From Octopus sinensis (lineage: Eukaryota): a stretch of 14,910 bases of DNA. Shown here one piece after another: positions 8,080 to 14,910 of this stretch. Position 1 is the first letter of the stretch. Every line of letters starts with the position of its first letter. Below the pieces are notes generated by a model, which saw only the letters and a program-made list of their open reading frames with translations, made no database searches and was not told where the DNA came from. The translations under genes were made by a program, and so were the position numbers. The stretch covers positions 1 to 14,910 of the forward strand of contig NW_021825635.1 of the NCBI RefSeq assembly GCF_006345805.1, in the 5' to 3' direction.

Positions 8080-8188
8080 GGAGTTATCATTCAATGTTTA
8101 GGTGGAGAGGTCATGTTCGGAGTTTCAGTGGAAATACATGTGACCCCCCCATCACAGTTAACATGTGACCCCCCCATCACATGCATAA

Positions 8189-8397
8189 GGAAGTGCATGG
8201 CTTAGTGGTTAGGGTGTTGGACTCGTTATCATAAGATTGTGGTTTCAATTCTTGAACTGGGCAATGTGTTGCGTTCTTGAGCAAGACACTTCATTTTATG
8301 TTGCTCCAGTCCACTCAGCCGGCAAAAGTGCATAACCCTGTGAAAGACAGGCATCTCCTCCAGGGGTAGAACCTCTGCACCATGGACACCAGAAATG
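8189..8397 (+). mobile_element. tRNA-headed SINE, family B
   Basis: A box TGGCTTAGTGG, B-box-like GGTTTCAATTC, then ttcttgagcaagacacttcattt and ttgctccagtccactcagc. Homologs at 10421, 10581 and 14596. Confidence 0.85.
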
Positions 8398-8477
8398 GCA
8401 CAACAGCCTGGACGCTGACCAAGGAAACTGGAATCCGAGCTGGATGGAACTTACACCCAAATGTAAAGTGTAGGCTT
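8394..8477 (+). pseudogene. RTE-like LINE ORF relic, part 1
   Basis: Translates, with one frameshift, to ..TAWTLTK/KLESELDGTYTQM*SVGL, matching the post-RT segment of RTE-like ORFs (xWTLTKxLExxLDGTYTRMLR type). Confidence 0.75.
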
Positions 8478-8780
8478 AGGAGTGGCTGTGTGGTAAGTAG
8501 CTTGCTTATCAACCACATGGTTCCGGGTTCAGTCTTCTACTATAGCTTTGGGCCAACCAAAGCCTTTTGAGTGGATTTGGTAGGGTTAGAGTGTTTGTCC
8601 ACCTAACATCACTTGACAACCGATGCTGATGTGTTTACGTCCCCGTAACTTAGCGGTTCGGCAAAAGAGATCGATAGAATAAGTACTAGGCTTACAAAGA
8701 ATAAGTCCCGAGGTCGATTTGTTCAACTAAAGGCGGTGTTTCAGCATAGCTGCAGTCAAATGACTGAAATAAATAAAAGA
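8478..8780 (+). mobile_element. SINE family A with internal deletions, inserted in the LINE relic
   Basis: Head at 8478 and tail atgactgaaataaataaaaga at 8760-8780. Lacks 28 nt after ttcagtc and lacks the internal microsatellite. Confidence 0.9.
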
Positions 8781-9090
8781 ATATCTTGAAGAAGTCATCT
8801 CGCCAAGAAACAGCTGTAAAGAAATCTATCTGCTTCCACCATGATAAGAGAAAGGCACTTGCACTTTACAGGACATTGCTGGTGAACTAAACAAGAGCTG
8901 ACAAGTGACCTACTACTATGGCTACCAAAGCATGGCTGTACTAGTGTAGGACATCTGAATGCAACATATATAGACCAACTCACCAGAGAGATTGGTTGCC
9001 TCCTTGAAGACTTCTCTCAATTAATGCAAAACCAAGATGGATGACACATGCAGGTTTAAAATGTTTGAGTAAGCTCAACCGAACGATATT
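8781..9090 (+). pseudogene. RTE-like LINE ORF relic, part 2 (C-terminus and 3' end)
   Basis: The frame from 8781 reads IS*RSHLAKKQL*RNLSASTMIRERHLHFTGHCW*TKQELTSDLLLWLPKHGCTSVGHLNATYIDQLTREIGCLLEDFSQLMQNQDG*. This matches the RTE-like pattern ISWRxH..LY..I.ERRL.FAGHCW..LLLW.PKHG..TYIDQL, with stops at conserved W/Y/R positions. Confidence 0.85.
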
Positions 9091-9369
9091 GACAATATGC
9101 CTTCTGCTAAAAATGCTAACCAAAATATTGATATTTCTGTCGTTAAGGAAGCCAGAGAAAAAAAAAACAATTTCTTTATATTGTCTTGTGTATCGTTAAC
9201 ACAATTGATCAAACGACATACATTTTCTCAATTATTTTTCTATCAAATAATGTTGTTTGTGTCAGCGTTTGATCTGTGGAGAAAAAAATAAGTCCAAAAC
9301 AAATCAATTCTTTGGTTCCTTGCTCCACATCCTGACATCTTAACCAACAGAAGCCCAAATCGATGTGTT

Positions 9370-9502
9370 TATACGTACATACATACATACATACATGTGC
9401 ATGTGTCTGTGTGTACATATATGCATGTGTGCATATACATGCATATGTACCTTCTTTGTGTGTGTGTGCGTATATATATATATAATATATATATAATATA
9501 TT

Positions 9503-9533
<31 letters not shown>

Positions 9534-9904
9534 GTGTGTGTTTTTGTGTGTGTTGTGTGGTGTGTGTGCAGGTTATTGAAAGTGAATTCTTATCTTTTGA
9601 GTCACATTTCGCACAACTGCATGTTACATACTACATGCTTATGTACATCGGTATATATATGTATATATATATATTTATATATACACACACACATATATAT
9701 ATATACATGCATATATATATATTTATATATATACATACACCCATATATATACATATATATACATACATATATATATATATATATATATTTATTTATATAT
9801 ACATACACCCAGATATATATACACATATATGTATGTAAATGCATGTATATATATTTGCATATATATATATATATATATATGAGTATCTATATATATATAT
9901 ATGT

Positions 9905-9935
<31 letters not shown>

Positions 9936-9950
9936 TGTAGATATGCACAC
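9370..9950. repeat. TACA/TA/TG/GATA microsatellite block
   Basis: Direct reading, including (GATA)n near 9905-9935. Confidence 0.9.
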
Positions 9951-10326
9951 ACATAATTTTTGCCTGTACATGCTGTTCAACATCTAATTGCTAATTCAGT
10001 TTTACGCACCACCTCCACCACCACAATAACAACAACAACAGCAATGGTGTCAGTCCCTATAACAACGGCATGTGATACCGTGTGTGTGGTGTGTGTGTGT
10101 ATATATATGTATATAGTGAGAATTTACAAAAAAAACAAAAGACGAAGATGGGTGTGTAAACAACAAACAGATGTATTAGTTTACTGCTCGGGAAGAGAGA
10201 AAGTCTTTTACGTTTCGAGCCTACGAGCCTATATACATATATATATATAGTGAGAGAGAGAGAGAGAGAGAGAGAGAAGAAGAGAGTAGGAGACAGAGGG
10301 ATAAGTAACAAGAAAGTGGGCGCACA

Positions 10327-10417
10327 TACAATGGGGTGCTGAAAAGTTCCTGGCTTTAAGGGTCAAAGAAAATACAGGAGGATCAGTTAATTATGATTTT
10401 ATCCAACATATTTCTCC
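10327..10417 (+). mobile_element. Tc1/mariner-like terminal fragment (one TIR)
   Basis: TA followed by CAATGGGGTGCTGAAAAGTTCCTGGCTTT resembles mariner TIRs (TA|CGAGGGG..GAAAAGT type). No partner TIR or transposase in the window. Confidence 0.6.
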
Positions 10418-10420
10418 GGT

Positions 10421-10579
10421 CGTAAGATTGTGGTTTCAATTCTTGGACTGGGCAGCGCATTGTGTTCTTGAGCAAGACACTTCATGCCACATTGCTCCAC
10501 TCCACTCGGCTGGCAAAAGTGAGTTGTCCTACAACAGACAGGTGTCTCGTCCAGGTGGGAAATTTATATGCCATGAAAT
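10421..10579 (+). mobile_element. SINE family B, headless copy 1
   Basis: Starts at taagattgtggtttcaattc; aligns with 8230-8395. Confidence 0.85.
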
Positions 10580-10580
10580 C

Positions 10581-10744
10581 AGGATTGTGGTTTCAATTCC
10601 CGGACTGGGCGATGCTTTAAGTTCTTGAGCAATACACTTCATTTCACGTTGCTCCACTCCACTCAGCTGGCAACAGTGAGTTAATCCTGCAATGGACTAG
10701 CATCCCATCCAGGTGGGGAACAGGGAAACCAGCCCTTATGAGTC
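10581..10744 (+). mobile_element. SINE family B, headless copy 2 (tandem)
   Basis: Starts at aggattgtggtttcaattcc and ends gcccttatgagtc, like the copy at 14596. Confidence 0.85.
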
Positions 10745-10750
10745 TATATA

Positions 10751-10936
10751 AGCCGTATTTCGTCTGCCGTTACGTTCAGAGTTCACATTCTGCTGAGGTC
10801 GACTTTGCCTTTCATCCTTTCAGGGTTGATTAATAAAGTACCAGTTATGCACTGGGGTCGATGTAATCGACTTAATCCTTTGTCTGTCCTTGTTTGTCCC
10901 CTCTATGTTTAGCCCCTTGTGGACAATAAAGAAATA
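10751..10936 (+). mobile_element. SINE family D (5'-truncated)
   Basis: B-box-like gagttcacattc, central gaggtcgactttgcctttcatcctttc...aagtacc (resembles the Nin/Sauria-type central domain; inference) and an A-rich tail caataaagaaata. Confidence 0.7.
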
Positions 10937-11184
10937 TATATAAGTCGGGAAGATAACTTTACCTTTATCATGTATTGAGGCTGATTGCAGGTAAGTAAGG
11001 AGATGATGATGGAAAGCAGCACAGGTGGAGAAAGGAAGTGATGGGGGAAGAAAGGTAATTGGGGGGGAGCAAAGATAACTGGGGGGGGGAGGAAGGTAAC
11101 CGAGAAAGCCAAGGGATGTTGTAATGTAGTAATGACTTCTGATTTGGATACAAAGCAGTTTTGAAGGGACCAGGTTGGTTGATA

Positions 11185-11564
11185 CTCTCTTTTACTCTTT
11201 TACTTGTTTCAGTCATTTGACTGCGGCCATGCTGGAGCACCGCCTTTAGTCGAGCAAATCGACCCCCAGGACTTATTCTTTGTAAGCCCAGTACTTATTC
11301 TATCGGTTTCTTTTACCGATCCGCTAAGTGACGGGGACGTAAACACACCAGCATCGGTTGTCAAGCAATGCTAGGGGGACAAACACAGATGCACAAACAT
11401 ATACACACACATACATATATATACATATATATGACAGGCTTCTTTCAGTTTCCGTCTACCAAATCCACTCACAAGGCATTGGTCGGCCTGAGGCTATAGT
11501 AGAAGACACTTGCCCAAGGTGCCATGTGGTTGGTTAGCAAGCTGCTTACCACACAGCCACTCCT
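11185..11564 (-). mobile_element. SINE family A with its B box deleted
   Basis: Colinear with 4951-5348 but missing 25 nt at 11522-11524. Confidence 0.9.
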
Positions 11565-11576
11565 GCGCCTAGTAGT

Positions 11577-11960
11577 AAAAAAAAAAAAAAAAAAAAAATG
11601 TTTAAAATATTCGAAACCTCATTAAGGATCCGACAGGACATAAAAAAAAAGGGAGGAGATGAGGAAGAAAGAAGAATTGTACAAAGGATTTTGGTAAAAG
11701 AAAAAAAATATGTTAAAAAAGTTTTTAAAAAAATGAATTAGAAACGCCAGGAAGTTGAGAATCTGTGACAGGTTAAATGACAGGAAGAAATGGAATAAAA
11801 TAAAATAAATTAAAATAAAATAAAATGAGTTAATTAATAAAAAAAAAGGGTAAGGAGTTTACAAAAAAAAAAAAATAAGGAGAAAAATAAAAATAAAAAT
11901 GGTAAAGGAAGTAAATAAATAAATAATAAGCAGGTGAAAATAAAGGGAAGAGAAAGTGGA
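11577..11960 (+). repeat. Poly-A and A-rich low-complexity region
   Basis: A-run of about 22 nt at 11577-11598, plus aaaat/aaata repeats. Confidence 0.85.
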
Positions 11961-12221
11961 ATGCTAAACACGCCGTCGTCTTAGTTACATGAATTGAATT
12001 CTAAGTGGGAAGTGTATAGTGCTGAGATGCATAAAAGAACATTATATCTATTCTTCTCTTAAAGGAATCTGTGTCTATGGATAAATGCAAAACTCAGGAA
12101 CGGCGACCATATTTGGTTAACGAAACCATTGACAACCAAAGAATTATATAAAAAGTGTCGTTCGATATGAAACCAATCAAAAGATGCCATTAGTTACAAG
12201 AATGTAGCTTTTTTTTTTTAC

Positions 12222-12330
12222 TTCTGACTCAATTCCACTCACTGCGTAGAATCTTGGGCAAGTATCTTTTACTATAGCCTCAAGTCAACCAGTATCTTGT
12301 GTAGACAGAAACTGTGTGGTAGCCTACACT
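12222..12330 (+). mobile_element. Degraded SINE family A fragment
   Basis: tcttgggcaagtatcttttactatagcctc...gtagacagaaactg aligns to the family A 5' half and is followed by its TA tract. Confidence 0.7.
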
Positions 12331-12358
12331 ATGTATGCATATATATATATATATATAT

Positions 12359-12606
12359 ATAGAATGGTTGTATACTGTCAATCTAACAAGAACGTGACAG
12401 TAGGGGGTACACCACCGCTGTATAGCCCTAGGAAGCATCGAACGCCTCCTGATGGCTTTGACACATTTTTCCCTGTGTCCTTATATACACAGGGAAAAAT
12501 GTGTCAAAGCCATCAGGAGGCGTTCGATGCTTCCTAGGGCTATACAGCGGTGGTGTACCCCCTACTGTCACGTTCTTGTTAGATTGACAGTATACAACCA
12601 TTCTAT
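12359..12606. repeat. Perfect palindrome: 120-bp arms, 8-nt loop (possible foldback/MITE-like element)
   Basis: 12359-12478 is the exact reverse complement of 12487-12606, checked base by base; loop CCTTATAT. Confidence 0.95.
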
Positions 12607-12686
12607 CGCCCCACCACCATACATGTCTCTACGAGAGATTTAGAAATTCAATATTTCTTATATATAATATATATATATATATATGT

Positions 12687-12996
12687 GGAGGCGCAATGGC
12701 CCAATGGTTAGGGCAGTGGACTTGCGGTTGTAGGGGCACGGTTTCGATTCCCAGAACGGGATTTGTGAGTGTTTATTGAGCGAAAACACCTAAGGCTCCA
12801 CGAGGCTCCAGCAGGGGTTGGTGGTGATCCCTGCTGTACTCTTTCACCACAACTTTCTCTCACTCTTTCTTCTGTTGGCCTGCTCGCTTAGCCAGCAGGG
12901 TGGCATCATTTGAAGGCTAAAACAATGCGAAGCGCATTGTGACTAGCGATGTGTAGCAACATCTGATAGCCTGGTCAGTCTCGGTGATCACGGTGA
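12687..12996 (+). mobile_element. tRNA-headed SINE, family C
   Basis: ggaggcgcaatggcccaatggttagggcagtggac...ggtttcgattccc provides A and B boxes, followed by about 240 bp of non-tRNA body ending ggtgatcacggtgata. Octopus tRNA-derived SINEs (OK, OR1, OR2) are known, but the match to a named family was not verified. Confidence 0.8.
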
Positions 12997-13012
12997 TATA
13001 CATATATATATA

Positions 13013-13114
13013 TATAAGGCAAATAAGAAAATGGAGAGGATAGAAAATTGGAAAACATCAACCAGTAAACATTTATTGATTCTTTCTCCTCTCCATTTTC
13101 TTATTTGCCTTATA
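13013..13114. repeat. 28-bp perfect inverted repeat with a 46-nt spacer
   Basis: tataaggcaaataagaaaatggagagga (13013-13040) pairs with tcctctccattttcttatttgccttata (13087-13114). Confidence 0.9.
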
Positions 13115-13469
13115 AATCCTGGGCAATTTACCCAGGAATTACTGTACTGTTTGTTCCCATGTCTTTTATTTAGTTTTTATCCATTTATTTATTTATTTAT
13201 CATTTTTTCCCATTCCATCTTAAGTATGTCTATGTGTGTCTTGTGTGTGTGCATATGGGTTGATACACTTTGTACCTGTATCTCTTTTTCTCTCATTCTG
13301 TCTTTAATTGTCATATTGCATAGTATGGCAGTGGGGTGTTATTATTCCACTCATGTTTTCTGATGAGGCTTGGTCTGTCTACTATTACGTGCATGGCCTC
13401 TGTAATCAAATAGATTACTTAAGCTCCGATTGAAATTTAGTTGCCAAATTTCTTCAAGAATTTTATAAT

Positions 13470-13665
13470 GAGTGACTGGAATTGCATCTTAAATGCACAC
13501 TGAATAATACATTTAAAAAGAGAAGACTTTCAGTGTATCGTGCTCAATACATCTAGCGAGCGACTGGAATTTAATTCTAGATGCACATTGGACGACTCAT
13601 GTAGAAAGAGAAGACTTTTCAGTGACCATATAAACAAGTTAGTTATACAGGATTTGACTGGAGTG
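13470..13665 (+). repeat. Diverged ~88-bp tandem duplication (about 2.2 copies)
   Basis: gagtgactggaatt..atgcacac..aaagagaagactttcagtg at 13470 aligns with gagcgactggaatt..atgcacat..aaagagaagacttttcagtg at 13558; gactgga recurs at 13656. Confidence 0.75.
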
Positions 13666-14106
13666 ATTGTCAGCAACCAACAGTGCATTTTTCTAAAGCA
13701 GGCACGATCAACCCTTTTTGAGAAGCAGGCCAGGTGAGACATGGATCCGCATCAGGTGAACCATACTGCTAAAAAAAAATTCAAGGTAATTTTAATAATA
13801 AAGGTCGTTTTTCCATCATGAAATTAAGTGTGCCATTCAGAAAGAGTATCATGAGTTTTTGAATATTTTAAGCATTTTTTTTTTACTAGTACCAACCAAC
13901 CTACACCCATCAAAACTGCTTTGTATCCAAATCAGATGTCATTACTACATTACAACATCCCTTGGCTTTCTCGGTTCCCTTCCTCCCCCCAGTTATCGTT
14001 GCTCCACCCAATTATCTTTGCTTATTGATCTAAACCAATATTTTTCAAACATGTTTTAAGTATCAGACCCCTTTTTTATTGACCCTTTTTCAACCCTCAC
14101 CCATAC

Positions 14107-14278
14107 GGCTGTGTGGTAAGTAGCTTGCTAACCAACCACATGGTTCCGGGTTCAATCCCACTGAGTGGCATCTTGAGCAAGTGTCTTCTGCTATAGCCCC
14201 GGGCCGACCAATGCCTTGTGAGTGGATTTGGTAGACGGAAATTGAAAGAAGCCTGTCGTATATATGTATATATATATG

Positions 14279-14314
<36 letters not shown>

Positions 14315-14546
14315 GTGTGTGTGTTGTGTGTGTGTGTTTGTCCCCCTAGCATTGCTTTACAACCGATTGTGGTGTGTTTACGTCCCCGTCACTTAGCGGT
14401 TCGGCAAAAGAGACCGATAGAATAGAATAGTACTGGGCTTACAAAGAATAAGTCCGGGGTCGACTTGCTCGACTAAGTTGGTGCTCCAGCATGGCCGCAG
14501 TCAAAATGACTGAAACAGTAAAAGAATAAAAGAAAAGAAAAGAATA
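14107..14546 (+). mobile_element. SINE family A, near full length
   Basis: Head ggctgtgtggtaagtagc, B box ggttcaatccc, internal TA/TG tract at 14259-14338 and tail taaaagaataaaagaaaagaaaaga. Confidence 0.9.
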
Positions 14547-14595
14547 CTATCAAACCAGAGTAATTTCAATCTGGTTGCTAATCTGATGCAAAGAT

Positions 14596-14796
14596 GCATG
14601 GCCCAGTGGGTAGGGTGTTGTGCTCATTATCTTAAGATCATGGTTTCAATTCCCAGACCAGGAGGTGTGTTGTGTTCTTAAGCAAAACACTTCATTTCTT
14701 CTGTTCCTGTCTGTTCAGGCATCCCCCTGAAAGGTGGGCAATGTGATCTTGGCCCCTTTTGTGCCTTGGAAATCAAGTAAACAGCCCTATGAGTCC
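14596..14796 (+). mobile_element. SINE family B, diverged
   Basis: gcatggcccagtgggtagggtgttg...ggtttcaattccc...ttcttaagcaaaacacttcatttc...gccctatgagtcc. Confidence 0.75.
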
Positions 14797-14910
14797 TAAG
14801 ATACGACATAGTAATAGCCAGGGGTTGATTTTGGTAAAGCGGTACTCCGTTGGTTATGGAACCCTAGGGATTATTTTGTTCTTAAACTGGGGACTTATTG
14901 CATCAGAATG

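Noticed and set aside
2545-10311. Many YI/CV/HT-rich ORFs in the ORF track
   Set aside because: They are translations of TA, TG and CA dinucleotide repeats or of SINE bodies.
10980-10996. Perfect donor CAG|GTAAGT, possible 11-nt microexon
   Set aside because: A single consensus 9-mer is expected by chance at this scale, the candidate exon is not a multiple of 3, and the upstream sequence is a SINE tail.
12064-12170. Exon after the acceptor-like tctattcttctcttaaag|G
   Set aside because: All three frames stop within about 35 codons, there is no good donor, and no recognisable peptide.
12687-12760. Functional tRNA gene
   Set aside because: A and B boxes are present but I could not form a full cloverleaf, and it continues into a SINE body. 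The same applies to the family A and B heads.

Overview
Eukaryotic, AT-rich, non-coding DNA (intronic or intergenic) made mostly of simple repeats and mobile-element debris. The long ATG/CAT, TA and CA/TG microsatellites plus several tRNA-headed SINE families strongly resemble octopus (coleoid cephalopod) DNA; this is recalled from family appearance, not from a database search. No host gene can be identified, and nearly all listed ORFs are by-products of di- and trinucleotide or 3n-length repeats. The only recognisable protein-coding relic is the C-terminal part of an RTE-like LINE ORF (8394-9090), with stops and a frameshift, split by a SINE. Other elements: at least four SINE families, an (ATG)n-tailed retroposon whose 5' part has expanded into a modular 51/15-bp minisatellite, a probable non-autonomous Helitron with a duplicated 5' end, and a mariner-like end. 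Two inverted Penelope-like terminal fragments each carry a minimal hammerhead-ribozyme-like motif. There is also a 6 x 69-bp array with alternating G/A variants, a perfect 120-bp-arm palindrome (12359-12606), and a dense CCAAT/ETS/M-box/CRE motif cluster (565-629) between complementary triplet arrays. Family names are pattern-recognition calls, and boundaries were counted by hand (about +/-10 nt unless stated as exact).
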